Assembly (NCBI GenBank): GCA_963721685.1
Contig: CAVRJJ010000001.1
Span: 212,170-276,169, forward strand
Direction of reading: 5' to 3'
Length of the DNA: 64,000 nt
Source of the DNA: an uncultured bacterium
GTDB lineage: Bacteria; Patescibacteriota; Saccharimonadia; UBA4664; SCTI01
Shown here one piece after another: positions 39,101 through 49,445 of this stretch. Under the pieces are notes generated by a model. That model made no database searches. It worked only from the letters and a program-made list of their open reading frames with translations, and was not told where the DNA came from. The stretch's first letter is position 1. Each line of letters begins with the position of its first letter. A program made the translations under genes and the position numbers.

Positions 39101-40141
39101 CAGGTGAAGTCATGACCCGGTTGCCGGTACCAGAGGTGGCTACTGCCACAAACAAGCCGTTGCCGTAAGTAACGGAGTTCCAGTTGTTATCCGCCGCGGA
39201 AGTTCGGGAGTCCAGGTGGTACCATCAGGTGAAGTCATGACCCGGTTGCCGGTACCAGAGGTGGCTACTGCCACAAACAAGCCGTTGCCGTAAGTAACGG
39301 AGTTCCAGTTGTTATCCGCCGCGGGGGTATTGCGTGAAATCCAGTTAACCCCAGCAGTTCTTTCCTCTTGACCAAACCAACGATGTGAAGCTTGTGTATA
39401 ATCGGCGTTTTGAGAATATGTCACTGCCGCATAAACTGAGGCAATTCGAACATCATCATCTTGGGCAGATGGCCCCCCAGAACCCAGCCGATTGCGGGTT
39501 ATTTGAACTTGCATGCTGTCAAGATCGCTTTGAGTCCAGGTGCCGTTGAAGGTTACAGCCGAACACCACGCCCAGGTGTTGAAGGCTGGTGTACAGGTAC
39601 CTGCAGTCTGTAACGTTCCATTTATACGTAAATTTATACTTAAAGAATCTAGTGTACTACCATTGGCATTGGTAGCACTTTGGGCATGCACATTTATGCT
39701 GACCTGAGACACTGATAGTACATTAGAGGCATTGGTTAAACCGAATTCCTCCACCTCACCTCCGGATCCCGCGGTACCTGTGCCTATATAATCGGCCGTA
39801 TTGGCAGTTGCTCCTTCATCCACATGATCACAATGAGGTCCGCCAGAACACGTAGAATCGTTAGTGCCAACCACATTGGGCCAATCAGACGTAATGTCAA
39901 AGCTTGGAACAATATTGCTAGTGGCGGCGTAAACGGGAGTTTGGAACATCACAATTGTTCCCGCCAGCAAAGACAAAATAAATACAATTGCGGGTACTTT
40001 ACTCCGAGAGAGCTTGGCTAACTTGAAGCTTGGTGGTGTTCGCTTTCGTGTTGACCTTAGCCGCCTCAATATTGGCAATAGCACATTGCGTTGCTTTTTC
40101 CTTTGATGCTTTGGGGCACTGTTTTGGATGGGAATTATCAT
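36127..40141 (-). CDS. giant BNR/Asp-box repeat surface protein (about 1338 aa if corrected), currently split into three ORFs by two 1-nt frameshifts in G-runs (about 38185 and about 39207)
   Basis: At least 30 tandem 40-aa units of VMTSPDG(I/T)TWTPRTSAADN.W.SVTYGNGLFVAVA..GTGNR containing the S-x-D-x-G-x-T-W Asp-box. An N-terminal signal anchor is present. Confidence 0.7.
38970..39330. repeat. three near-identical 120-bp tandem copies (one 40-aa BNR unit each); the middle copy differs only by one G fewer in a G-run
   Basis: Identity at the DNA level, seen by direct comparison of 38971..39090, 39091..39209 and 39210..39325. Confidence 0.8.
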
Positions 40142-43100
40142 TAGTTTGTGTACTGGTAACTTATTTCACCAATTCGGACCTTGTTGCTGGACTTCGAAAT
40201 TACCCGCACAGTGATGGTGATTAGGTCGTTGGCGGCATAGGTACAACCACTGAGCGTTACGCTCTGCTCGGTCCAAGTAGCCGCCGTGCCAGGCAGAACC
40301 GATACCGAGCTAGCGCATGCGGTCCCGGCGCCATCCTTAACGGTTACCAGAATATCGTTATTTGCCGTTGAGGTTGAATCGCCATAGGCCCAAATTTTAA
40401 AGGTACCAAATCCCGACGCGTACTCGCTGGGAATCTGATTTCTTACAATAACGTCGTAATCATTGAGAGTCCCGGTGCTATTGAGCCATTCATAATAGTT
40501 ATGAATATTGGTGCCATCGTAATTGGAGGTAATAGAGCCGCTATTATTACTGCCATCGGCTGAAAGTATGCCTCCCGGATATTCAGGGACAATATAGTTC
40601 TTACGCGTCGAGCCGCCTCCTCCGCCGCCACATGATCCAAAGGCGAGGGTACCGGGCGTGGCACTATTTTTCAAACACTCGTTAGCGGCACCCGCGGTAG
40701 TGGGTAAAACTAAATTGTAGCTTGTCGAGGTCGTACCTACGCTTATCGTGACGGTGTTGGCGTTAGCTGAGTTATAAACCACCAGCTTGCCAGTTAGGGC
40801 AGATGCCTTGCCAAAAAGCACTTGGTTTGCCGAGGTATCTACGCCCAGCACCGTATTACCTGCTGTGTTTTGAACCTGAAGTGCAGCCGCTGAATTAGCC
40901 TGGAACTTTACTAAGCCGCTTGAAGACACGTCACCTGCTATGTGAGCGCTCCCACCAACATTTAGGCCACCCTGGATGCTCACACCGCCACCTATGGCAG
41001 CGTTGCCGATGGTAGTCAAAGTGCCAGATTCTATGCCGCCTGCTTCCAGCTGTTGCACGTAAGCTCCGCCGATATCGTAGATAGTCATATTGCTTGAATT
41101 GTAGTTTGCCACGTAAGCGTAGCGGCCTTGGACGTAAACTGAAGTTGGTGCGTCGCCAGTGGCAACCGTTCCAGTTAATACTGGGCTGGACGGGTTTGAG
41201 ACATCAAAGATGTTCATGGAATCCCCAAGGTAGTTTGCCACATAGGCGAACCGATCCTGGACGTAAACTGAAGTTGGTGCGTCGCCAGTGGCAACCGTTC
41301 CAGTTAATACTGGGCTGGACGGGTTTGAGACATCAAAGATGTTCATGGAATCCCCTACGTAGTTAACCACATAAGCATAGCGGCCCTGAACGTAAACTGA
41401 GTATGGATTACTGTCTGTGGCAATAGTGCCGATCTGTGTTGGACTGGCCGGGTTGGAAACGTCATATATATCTAGGTCATCCCAAAAATAGTTCGCAACA
41501 TAGGCATAGCGGCCTTGGACGAAGATTGAGTACCCCCCACTGGTGCTTGCGAATGTTCCAGCAAGAACTGGACTGGACGGGTTAGCTATGTCGTAGATAG
41601 TCATGGAGTCGGAATTATAGTTTGCTACATAGGCATAGCGGCCTTGTACGTACACTGAGGCTGGTGCGTCGCCCGTCGAGACTGTTCCGGCCAATACAGG
41701 CGTGGACGGGTTTGAGACGTCATAGATGGTCATGGAGTCTCCAAGGTAGTTTGCCACATAAGCATAGCGGCCCTGGACGTACACTGAACCTGGTCCGTCG
41801 CCAGTGGCAATAGTCCCGACTTGTGTCGGACTAGAGGGGTTTGAAACATCAAAGATTGTCATTGAATCCGCGCCGTAGTTTGCAACATATGAATAACGTC
41901 CCTGGACGTAAACTGAGTATGGGTTAGTTCCAGTGGAAATCGTCCCTGTAGTGCTAGAAGGAATTTGCCCGGAGACATATAGTTGTCCGGCGGAAGTACC
42001 AATAGCTCCTACCTGGACCCGCATATTGGTTGTGTCTACATTGAAAACATTGGTTCCGCTAGTGGCGTTCTGTATCTTAAAGGCAGAGGTGGAATCAGTT
42101 TGGTTGCGTAAGGTGGTCGCCCCCCCATCAGCGATCTTAAACACATCTTGGGCGGTAGCGGTGGTATCTCGGATTGTAAGTAAGTTGCCACTACCGGCGC
42201 TTTCAATCCTGAGTCCTTCAACCGCTCCGGTAGCAAGCTGTTCAACCTTAAGGACAGCTCCCGAGGAGACCCCGCCGCTTGCGGGGTTTTGGAAGATCAA
42301 GTTACCGTCAATGGCTGTTAAGGCGAGGGTGGCATCGGCACTGTCAACATCCGCGGCATAAGCCTGCTGAAGAGTGGAACCTCCTCCAGCACCACACCCA
42401 AGATCAGTGGTATTACACAAGGTCTTGTACGTCGGGGTTCCCGCAACATCTTCCACGACCATGAACTTCCCGGTTTGGGAGTTGTAAATGAGGCCGCCGT
42501 TGACCGCGGTGGGCAAGTTGGCAGTATTTGAAGAATCAACTACGAATAAGGTGGTGTCAGTGCCGGTGGAGGCGGTGGCGTTACCGACGATAAGCCGGTT
42601 ATTGGTGGTGTCGGCGGTAAAGAGGGTGTCGGCATTACTGCGTTGGATTTTAAAGGCAGTGATTGAGTTAGCAGTATTTTCAAACAATACATCACCTGTG
42701 CCGCTCATGGTGAGGATGGGCCTGGTAAACGTAAAGGTAGTACCGGCGGCAAGGTTAGTTGTGAATGACGCCGACACAGTCAGCGTGGTGTCATTTGTTA
42801 TGACGGCTACGCGGCGAGCTTCGCCGCCGGCAAAAATGGTGTCTCCTACCCTTAGCTGAGTAGTAAACACAGTACTTACGTTACCGGTAACAGTGGTGCC
42901 AGAACTACTAATTGTGCCTGTACCGGCCACGGCTGAGTTCTGAACCTGGAAACGGTTCTGGACATCAGCGAGCAAGCCAATACCAACGCCGCCTGTAGTG
43001 GTACTGGCGCTCAAAACATTCGCCCCTGTAGATGTTTGAACCTGGAAGGCGGAGGTTGAGTTGGTAGTGGTTCTATGCGTGGTGGCACCACCATTACCTA

Positions 43101-45327
43101 CCGTAAATACCGTATCGGCAGTTATGTAATTGCCGGTACCACCATATCGAGTGACCTTAAGCGCGTCAAAGTTACCACCCTGTTCGGCCGTTAATGCCGG
43201 TCCAAGGTAATTGCTCGCCCAGGTTCCAAAGCTGTCAGTTACTTCAAAATAGCCGCCGCCGCCTTTGGCTGTGTATACAAGTTCAGAGTCAGAAATCTGA
43301 AATAGGAGAGCGCCATCAGTCCCTTTTCCTTGAATAAAAGTGCCACCGCCAGCAATAGCAATAGCCGGCGAGCCGCGGCCAGCATTATTTATGTTGAGCC
43401 CACCTTGCAAGTTAATAGCTTTAGCGTTCAACTCTCCATAGCCGGCAGTTGATGAACCAAGCGTGGAGCCAGTTATCACTTCTTGGCCGTTGGACGATAT
43501 CAAGCGTACATATTTGAGACTATTGTTGAAGTAATCATAATAACTAATTCGAGCGAAGCCGTCGGAGCCAAGAGCCAGTGAAGTCTTGTAGCCGACGTAT
43601 CCCGCACTATCCAAGGCAGTAAGGGTTTTCGCGGAACAATCAGCGTTGGTACACTGGCCATACATTAGGGCATGTTTACTGCTATTGTAGTAGCTAATTC
43701 GAGCGAAGCCATCAGAGCCAATGCCTAAAGAGGTATACAGCCCCGTATGATCGGTATTGTCTACGGTGGTGAGGTTGTTGGTGGAGCAATCAACATTGGT
43801 GCATTGGGCAAACTTGAGGCTTGTGTTACTTGAATCGTAGTAACTAATGCGGGCGAAGCCGTCGGAGCCGACCTTAATTGATGTGTCGTAATTAGAGCCC
43901 GTGTCGACCGTTGTTATAACTTTTGTACTACAATCGGCGTTGGTACATTGAGCATACATCAGGTCAAAGTTAGACGTATCCTGATAGGCGATACGGGCGA
44001 AGCCGCTAGCATCCAGATCCAACGAAGCGTAGCTGCCTCGGGTACTTGTAGAGTCCACAATAACATTATTTTTCGTACTACAGTCGGCGTTGGTACATTG
44101 GATGAATTTAAGGTCGGTACCTGAATTGTGCCGGTAGGCTATACGGGCGAAGCCGTCGGAGCCAAGAACTATAGGTGTAGCGGCGTTCCCAGCGACCGTG
44201 CTAAGCACCGTAGTATTTTTAGTACTGCAGTCAGCGTTTGTGCATTGAATGAATTTTAGCTCGGAATCCGTAAAATGCTTGTAGGCGATGCGGGCGAAGC
44301 CGTCGGTACCGATAGCTATCGAGCTATAATCACCTACAAAGTTGGAGCTTTCCAGCGTGGTGATAACAGGGCTGGTGCAATTAGCATCGGTACACCGGGC
44401 AAACATTAGGTCATGGTTGGTTAAGTGTTCGTAGGTAATGCGGGCGAAGCCATCCAGGCCAATGGCAATTGAAGAGCTGGTACCTACCCCTCCCGTATCG
44501 GCAATCTTGGTTATTACGTTGCTCGTTAAACTGCCCGGTGTTATTGATTCTAGGTTGCCAGTTGAAATCTTAAGCGCAGATGTGTCGGCAGTGAACAGGT
44601 TTACAGCGCTGGCGTTTTGGATACTAAAGGCCGTAGTACTTGTTCGGCTAATTAATTGGTCCCCATTTGTAAAAGTATTGGCCGCGTCGTTGCGGGCATA
44701 GCTGGTGCCATCAACCCCGTCAAGCTTGTCGGCGTTGAACGCGTAGGGAGAAGAGCCTAAGGGCTGGCGCGGAGTCATTATTTCGGCGCCACTAAAGACG
44801 GCGCAGCCATTAGTGGCGCAGGTAGCTCCTGATGAGGGCATCTCAACCTCCACAAACAAGCTGGTTTGAGTGAAGTCAAAGGTGGATAGGGAAGTGATGT
44901 CACCGAATTGGATGGAAAATAGGCCGTTGGTTACCTGCACGCGGTTGTCGGTGCCGGTGATGATCCTATCTTCCTGGAAAACGTTACTTCCACCTGACGA
45001 GGCAGTATATATGCGGAACTTGATGTTGTAGAGACCATCCGCAACAGTGTTGCCAGCGGCGTTGGTCAGCCGACCCTGGAAATTAATCTTGTACGGGATG
45101 GTGGAGGCGGCTTGAGCGGGAGGGGAGAGCAGGGGAATAACGGCGCTGAATGTTAAGCCGAAGAAAAGGGCTGCCAAGGCAGCGATAGCCGGTTTCTTGG
45201 TTGAAAAGCTACGTTTGAGCAGGTTGGGCAAAAATTTAAGAGACCTTAAAGCGCCCAACCGAGTCGGGTTCATTGGTAACGGGGTATTCTGACTGCCCGA
45301 AGATCGCTTCTGGTAGTGCCCGTTCAA
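40141..45327 (-). CDS. giant (1728 aa) secreted/anchored surface protein with 8 Cys-containing 50-aa repeats and 8 LVIVD-type beta-propeller repeats
   Basis: TTG start with an AAGGAG RBS 12 nt upstream, and a signal anchor. Repeat A is ..GSDGFARIAY....LKFIQCTNADCSTKN. Repeat B is SVYVQGRYAYVANY.GDSMTIYDVSNPSSPVLAGT, which is LVIVD-like. Confidence 0.75.
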   Translation of the reverse strand: MNGHYQKRSSGSQNTPLPMNPTRLGALRSLKFLPNLLKRSFSTKKPAIAALAALFFGLTFSAVIPLLSPPAQAASTIPYKINFQGRLTNAAGNTVADGLYNIKFRIYTASSGGSNVFQEDRIITGTDNRVQVTNGLFSIQFGDITSLSTFDFTQTSLFVEVEMPSSGATCATNGCAVFSGAEIMTPRQPLGSSPYAFNADKLDGVDGTSYARNDAANTFTNGDQLISRTSTTAFSIQNASAVNLFTADTSALKISTGNLESITPGSLTSNVITKIADTGGVGTSSSIAIGLDGFARITYEHLTNHDLMFARCTDANCTSPVITTLESSNFVGDYSSIAIGTDGFARIAYKHFTDSELKFIQCTNADCSTKNTTVLSTVAGNAATPIVLGSDGFARIAYRHNSGTDLKFIQCTNADCSTKNNVIVDSTSTRGSYASLDLDASGFARIAYQDTSNFDLMYAQCTNADCSTKVITTVDTGSNYDTSIKVGSDGFARISYYDSSNTSLKFAQCTNVDCSTNNLTTVDNTDHTGLYTSLGIGSDGFARISYYNSSKHALMYGQCTNADCSAKTLTALDSAGYVGYKTSLALGSDGFARISYYDYFNNSLKYVRLISSNGQEVITGSTLGSSTAGYGELNAKAINLQGGLNINNAGRGSPAIAIAGGGTFIQGKGTDGALLFQISDSELVYTAKGGGGYFEVTDSFGTWASNYLGPALTAEQGGNFDALKVTRYGGTGNYITADTVFTVGNGGATTHRTTTNSTSAFQVQTSTGANVLSASTTTGGVGIGLLADVQNRFQVQNSAVAGTGTISSSGTTVTGNVSTVFTTQLRVGDTIFAGGEARRVAVITNDTTLTVSASFTTNLAAGTTFTFTRPILTMSGTGDVLFENTANSITAFKIQRSNADTLFTADTTNNRLIVGNATASTGTDTTLFVVDSSNTANLPTAVNGGLIYNSQTGKFMVVEDVAGTPTYKTLCNTTDLGCGAGGGSTLQQAYAADVDSADATLALTAIDGNLIFQNPASGGVSSGAVLKVEQLATGAVEGLRIESAGSGNLLTIRDTTATAQDVFKIADGGATTLRNQTDSTSAFKIQNATSGTNVFNVDTTNMRVQVGAIGTSAGQLYVSGQIPSSTTGTISTGTNPYSVYVQGRYSYVANYGADSMTIFDVSNPSSPTQVGTIATGDGPGSVYVQGRYAYVANYLGDSMTIYDVSNPSTPVLAGTVSTGDAPASVYVQGRYAYVANYNSDSMTIYDIANPSSPVLAGTFASTSGGYSIFVQGRYAYVANYFWDDLDIYDVSNPASPTQIGTIATDSNPYSVYVQGRYAYVVNYVGDSMNIFDVSNPSSPVLTGTVATGDAPTSVYVQDRFAYVANYLGDSMNIFDVSNPSSPVLTGTVATGDAPTSVYVQGRYAYVANYNSSNMTIYDIGGAYVQQLEAGGIESGTLTTIGNAAIGGGVSIQGGLNVGGSAHIAGDVSSSGLVKFQANSAAALQVQNTAGNTVLGVDTSANQVLFGKASALTGKLVVYNSANANTVTISVGTTSTSYNLVLPTTAGAANECLKNSATPGTLAFGSCGGGGGGSTRKNYIVPEYPGGILSADGSNNSGSITSNYDGTNIHNYYEWLNSTGTLNDYDVIVRNQIPSEYASGFGTFKIWAYGDSTSTANNDILVTVKDGAGTACASSVSVLPGTAATWTEQSVTLSGCTYAANDLITITVRVISKSSNKVRIGEISYQYTN
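41101..41357. repeat. two near-identical tandem copies of about 125 bp inside the LVIVD-repeat region
   Basis: 41146..41228 and 41266..41357 are identical over about 85 nt. Confidence 0.7.
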
Positions 45328-45477
45328 ACTAGCTTTTTACTCCTTTGTGTTTGCTCACACCAAACTGCAGCTAACTACAGTGAGATGTAGCTTAAAGTAT
45401 AGTGCTTATGCTTAAGCATTACAAGGCGGTTATGCTTATTTTAGTGTTGGGTTTTTAATATAAAAAACGACTATTTG

Positions 45478-47670
45478 TTAGCGTACCGTCACCGTGACTG
45501 ACTTTGTCCCGACGTTACCAGCAGAGTCCTTGGCCTTGACGGTGATGGTATGAGTACCTTTCCAACGCTTGGGCTTGGTGTTCCACGTGGTGCTAAGATA
45601 GCTGGAACTAGCTGAGGCGTAGAGGGCGTTATCAATGAATATCTGGAGAGAGACTACCCCGACGTTGTCAGTAGCCTTGGCGGAAATGGTCACCGTGCCG
45701 GAGAGGGTAGCGCCGCTGGTGGGGGCGGTTATGGTGACGACCGGCAGGGTGGTGTCGGTGGTTATATTCTTTACCGTCACATTGACAACTTGGGAAGTAC
45801 CGACGTTGCCGGCAGCGTCGTAGGCTTTGGCAGTCAGGCTGTAAGCGCCGTTTGCTACCACAGTGGTATTCCAGCCGTAACTATAAGGAGAGCTAACATC
45901 CTCACCAAGCTTGGAGGCACCTTGGTAGAACTCAACCTTAGTGACACCAACGGCGTCGCTGGCGCTGGCTGTGAGCTGCGCTGTTCCGGAAATGGTAGCG
46001 CCAGCAGCGGGAGTGCTCAGACTCGCGGTAGGGGCGGTGGTGTCACCGGGGACGGGCGGAGGGGTTGGAGCCGGGGGCGGGGTTGTGGAAGCGGTGCCGC
46101 GGTAGGCATTCCACATACTCTTCACGAATAGGCTGTAACGATTGCCGGTATCTTTACTGGTTCCGTGCAGGGCTGGAAAGCGACCAATGCCGTTGCTTGC
46201 ATCAGTATCTTTTATGCAACTCCCTTGACCGTCCGGGCCATATTTAACTCCATAGTTTGTGGAAAAACTAGGATCTAAATATATTACCGGCGCGCAAGGG
46301 TCAGATTGTGTGAAAAATCCAAAATTTACCCAGCGGTCGGCATAATCAAGCAGCGTCTGTGAAGCCCACAGGCTCTTCATTTCCGGCATTAGATGGTGCG
46401 CTATGGCGATTGCCTTATACGGCTGGGCGGTAATCTTTTGATAAGAAGCACTCGGCAAATTACCCCCATCTATATAGCCATACGGGTCGGGCTGGGACTT
46501 ATTTCCAGCACTATTATCTTTCAATGTTTCCCAGTAATTTCGTTCTACAACGCTTGGTCCGGCGCCGCCCCAGAGTAATCGACCCTCTTTGCCAACTCGT
46601 ATATGCGAATCTTCATGCAGGCTTGGCGTAGCCGCGATCTTGGATTTTAAGGTCGCATCATCCAGCAAGGTAGCCGCAAAGACAATTGGCAGTTTGTGCC
46701 CGGGGTCGTGGCCTGCTCCTGCTCCCCAGACTTCACCTTGGATTAGCATGTGGTTCCAGTCAATTCCCGCTTGCACGTAAGCGGTCAGGGCGGGCATTTT
46801 AGCGCTCAGCGGGTCATCAAGCATAAGAGCCAAAGCGCCATCACCGGTTTGCACGGCGTTATCACCGCCATAATTAGGCATACTATCGATGGGACGGAGT
46901 TGTCGGGAGTAGCGACCGCCCAAATGGTCTAGCCTAACCTGCTTAAACCGAGCCGTGGCCACATCGAGGGTCATTTTACTCTCAACGGAAGGCTTGGATG
47001 GTAATAGGCTTGTTTTGAGCTGGCTAACATAGTAATAGGGCTTGGCGGTGCCAATGTATGGTGGCCGGAAAACAGTTGCTCCGTCCCCGGGGGGCGGGCT
47101 AGCGACTACTGTGAGTACCGCGGCTGTCTGAATACAAGATGCGTTAAATCCGGCACAGGTGCTCGTTTCCGGCGCGCTCACCGTCTTCACGACGGATTGC
47201 CCTGGCGCCGCGTTATAGGGTAAAGCTGGGATCATGGCCGGGGTAAAGCTGGTATTACCGGTGCTCCCACCAATCCTAGCGTCGAAACCCTGTTGATCGC
47301 CGGCATTAACATTAGGGTTCACCTCCCAGCCGTTGCGGCCGGTAATATAATCCGGGGATATGCTGGTTATTCGAACCGCGGTATCACCGGCATTAAGCGT
47401 AACCCAGTAGTCGCCGTTGGCAAATGTCCCGCAAGGATAAGGTTTATCAAACGTCCAAGTAATGCCGTGCTGTGCCACTTGAGTACACATTCCCGTAGCC
47501 GCAAAACTACGGAGTACCACAAAGATACCTATCCCAATTAACAGAGCAGCAATAATACTGGCAATGAGTGGATTAAACGATTGGGATCTTAGTAATAGTG
47601 ACTTTGGCGCAGCCTTGGTTTTTTCATCTGCTATTGTAGGTTCCACAAACTTTTCCCTTTGTTTAGTCAT
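45478..47670 (-). CDS. surface protein (730 aa) with N-terminal TM anchor and two C-terminal bacterial Ig-like (Big) domains
   Basis: The C-terminus carries two copies of an approximately 90-aa T.S.T....GAT.SGT..L.A.A.D.VGV..V.F pattern typical of Big/Ig-like domains. Confidence 0.65.
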   Translation of the reverse strand: MTKQREKFVEPTIADEKTKAAPKSLLLRSQSFNPLIASIIAALLIGIGIFVVLRSFAATGMCTQVAQHGITWTFDKPYPCGTFANGDYWVTLNAGDTAVRITSISPDYITGRNGWEVNPNVNAGDQQGFDARIGGSTGNTSFTPAMIPALPYNAAPGQSVVKTVSAPETSTCAGFNASCIQTAAVLTVVASPPPGDGATVFRPPYIGTAKPYYYVSQLKTSLLPSKPSVESKMTLDVATARFKQVRLDHLGGRYSRQLRPIDSMPNYGGDNAVQTGDGALALMLDDPLSAKMPALTAYVQAGIDWNHMLIQGEVWGAGAGHDPGHKLPIVFAATLLDDATLKSKIAATPSLHEDSHIRVGKEGRLLWGGAGPSVVERNYWETLKDNSAGNKSQPDPYGYIDGGNLPSASYQKITAQPYKAIAIAHHLMPEMKSLWASQTLLDYADRWVNFGFFTQSDPCAPVIYLDPSFSTNYGVKYGPDGQGSCIKDTDASNGIGRFPALHGTSKDTGNRYSLFVKSMWNAYRGTASTTPPPAPTPPPVPGDTTAPTASLSTPAAGATISGTAQLTASASDAVGVTKVEFYQGASKLGEDVSSPYSYGWNTTVVANGAYSLTAKAYDAAGNVGTSQVVNVTVKNITTDTTLPVVTITAPTSGATLSGTVTISAKATDNVGVVSLQIFIDNALYASASSSYLSTTWNTKPKRWKGTHTITVKAKDSAGNVGTKSVTVTVR

Positions 47671-47682
47671 AAGATATGAATG

Positions 47683-47990
47683 TTATTTCACTGTTACCGT
47701 TACTGTCTTCGTCCCGACATTACCGGCCGCGTCTTTAGCTTTGACGGTAATGGTATGGGAGCCTTTCCAGCGTTTGGGATTGGTATTCCAAGCGGTAGAC
47801 AGGGAGTTGGAGCTAGTGGAGGCGTAAAGGGCGTTGTCGATGTATACCTGGAGGGAAACTATCTCGACATTGTCGGTAGCCTTGGCGGAGATGGTTACCG
47901 TACCGGAGAGAGAAGCGCCGCTGGCAGGTGTGGTAATGGTAACGACCGGAAGGGTGGTGTCGGTGGTTGGGGCGGGAGGGGAGTGGGGGT
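47683..47990 (-). pseudogene. out-of-frame C-terminal Ig-like (Big) domain of gene 47895..49445; paralogous at DNA level to 45478..45790
   Basis: The reverse-complement translation PTTDTTLPVVTITTPASGASLSGTVTISAKATDNVEIVSLQVYIDNALY...ITVKAKDAAGNVGTKTVTVTVK* is about 85% identical to the C-terminus of gene 45478..47670. The frame is lost inside the C-rich PT-linker at about 47990-48000. Confidence 0.6.
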
Positions 47991-49445
47991 GGGAGTGGGG
48001 GTAGGAGCTGGAGGAGGTGTGGTAGTTGAACTGCCGTGCTCGTAGGCGCCCACGTCAAAGTAAGGCTGTGTCCCGCTACCGGTGTTAGTAATCGCAGGAA
48101 TGTCTATCCGTCCATTGCCGTCCTTGTCCGTAGCGGGAGCCGCTTCACTGGTACCGGCATCGATACCAAGAGAACCTGCGGCTAAATGGTGCTTATTAAC
48201 CGCGTCATAGGTCGGGGATCCAATAACATCCCCGGGAGCCAGAGAAACGCCGGATATCGCGCCTAAAAGGTTGTGCCCTCTTGAGGAGAAGGCGGTACCA
48301 GCTACCTCTAAAGCAGTCATGATGTTATTGGATAAATTCACCCCAGTCGCGCCACCGGAGAAACGGAACTGGCCTGCAACGGTATTGTTCATTATTTTCG
48401 CGTTGGATACCTCATAAATATTAACCTCACGGAACCCGCTAGCCGTAGGGTCCGAACAGGTACGATTTAGTATTATAGCGGAGGTAATGACGTTATTTTC
48501 AAGTGTAAGGCCGCTTACCGGGCCATCTTTAATAAAAAACCCTTGGGCGTCCATGTCATGGATGTAGTTGTCCCGAACAATCAAATTCTCACCGCCGGCA
48601 AATGTCCGCACCGAATCGGTATGAACACACGTCGTGCCCACTAAAGCCCGCCGCTGTCCACTAATGTCATTATTCTCAATTGTTAGATTGGAAAATTTGC
48701 GGGCGTTAACACCAACCACTCCGCCGGTTATAATATTACCGACAATTTTGACATGGGAAATTGATTGCTCACAAGTCTTCGTTCCATCAGCCGCAGTTGT
48801 ACAGCTACCCGATGAAAAAAAGACTCCGGTACGGCTAACAGTTTGGGCAAGGTCATCAAGCTCGATCTGGTTATTTTCAATAGTAACGTTGCTAACTCCA
48901 TCTTGAAGCGTAATACCAAGAGGAAGCTGCTTATTATTCCGAATCGTGATATTTACGACATTGTCGGGGTCGGTGGTCTTAGCTTTCTCTTCACCAATAC
49001 CGATACCGGCGATTTTTCCAAAATTTGCAATTACAATACTAGTTGAATTTTTAATTATATTAACCTGAGACAAACTTGTCTGCGCTTCCTCGCCTTGATG
49101 CGGCTGAAGAGTAAGGGGGAGGTAGCGCATATTTCCTGAAATGGTAATGTCGGGATAGGGCGTACTGGCTTTACGGAAGATTACCGTGCCGGCAACATCG
49201 CCGGGAAGTTGGGCAAGCGCGGGAGTAATGCTGCACCACGGCGTGGAAATAGTAACTTGGGCAGGAGTGCGTGCATCACTGCACTGACCCCCTAGGGAAT
49301 CCTTATCAATAAAGTATTGTGAGCCCTCGGATGCCCGCGTCGCTAGTACCACGAACACGCCCACACCAATTAATAATGCGGCTGCCAGGCCGGCAAAAAC
49401 CGGGTTAAACGGTCGTTTTTGTAATAATGGCGATTTGGGAGACAT
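47895..49445 (-). CDS. right-handed parallel beta-helix repeat surface protein with Pro/Thr linker; its C-terminal Ig-like domain is out of frame
   Basis: Tandem PbH1-like turns NVTIENNQI / NLTIENNDI / GLTLENNVI / NAKIMNNTV, followed by a TTTPPPAPTPTPTPTP linker. Confidence 0.7.
   Translation of the reverse strand: MSPKSPLLQKRPFNPVFAGLAAALLIGVGVFVVLATRASEGSQYFIDKDSLGGQCSDARTPAQVTISTPWCSITPALAQLPGDVAGTVIFRKASTPYPDITISGNMRYLPLTLQPHQGEEAQTSLSQVNIIKNSTSIVIANFGKIAGIGIGEEKAKTTDPDNVVNITIRNNKQLPLGITLQDGVSNVTIENNQIELDDLAQTVSRTGVFFSSGSCTTAADGTKTCEQSISHVKIVGNIITGGVVGVNARKFSNLTIENNDISGQRRALVGTTCVHTDSVRTFAGGENLIVRDNYIHDMDAQGFFIKDGPVSGLTLENNVITSAIILNRTCSDPTASGFREVNIYEVSNAKIMNNTVAGQFRFSGGATGVNLSNNIMTALEVAGTAFSSRGHNLLGAISGVSLAPGDVIGSPTYDAVNKHHLAAGSLGIDAGTSEAAPATDKDGNGRIDIPAITNTGSGTQPYFDVGAYEHGSSTTTPPPAPTPTPTPTPLPPQPPTPPFRSLPLPHLPAALLSPVR

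Noticed and set aside
38970-39330. Possible CRISPR array, because of exact direct repeats
   Set aside because: The repeats are contiguous 120-bp units without unique spacers, lie inside a protein-coding frame, and no cas genes are present.
41094-41366. 90-aa plus-strand ORF with an internal duplication
   Set aside because: It lies antisense within the tandem LVIVD repeats of the 1728-aa gene.
36127-45327. Diversity-generating retroelement targeting the surface proteins
   Set aside because: There is no reverse transcriptase gene in the window. The repeat copies are identical rather than differing at adenine-specific positions, and there is no template/variable repeat pair.
47680-48045. 121-aa Gly-rich plus-strand ORF
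   Set aside because: It is antisense to the Pro/Thr linker and Ig-like domain of the minus-strand surface protein, a low-complexity complement artefact.
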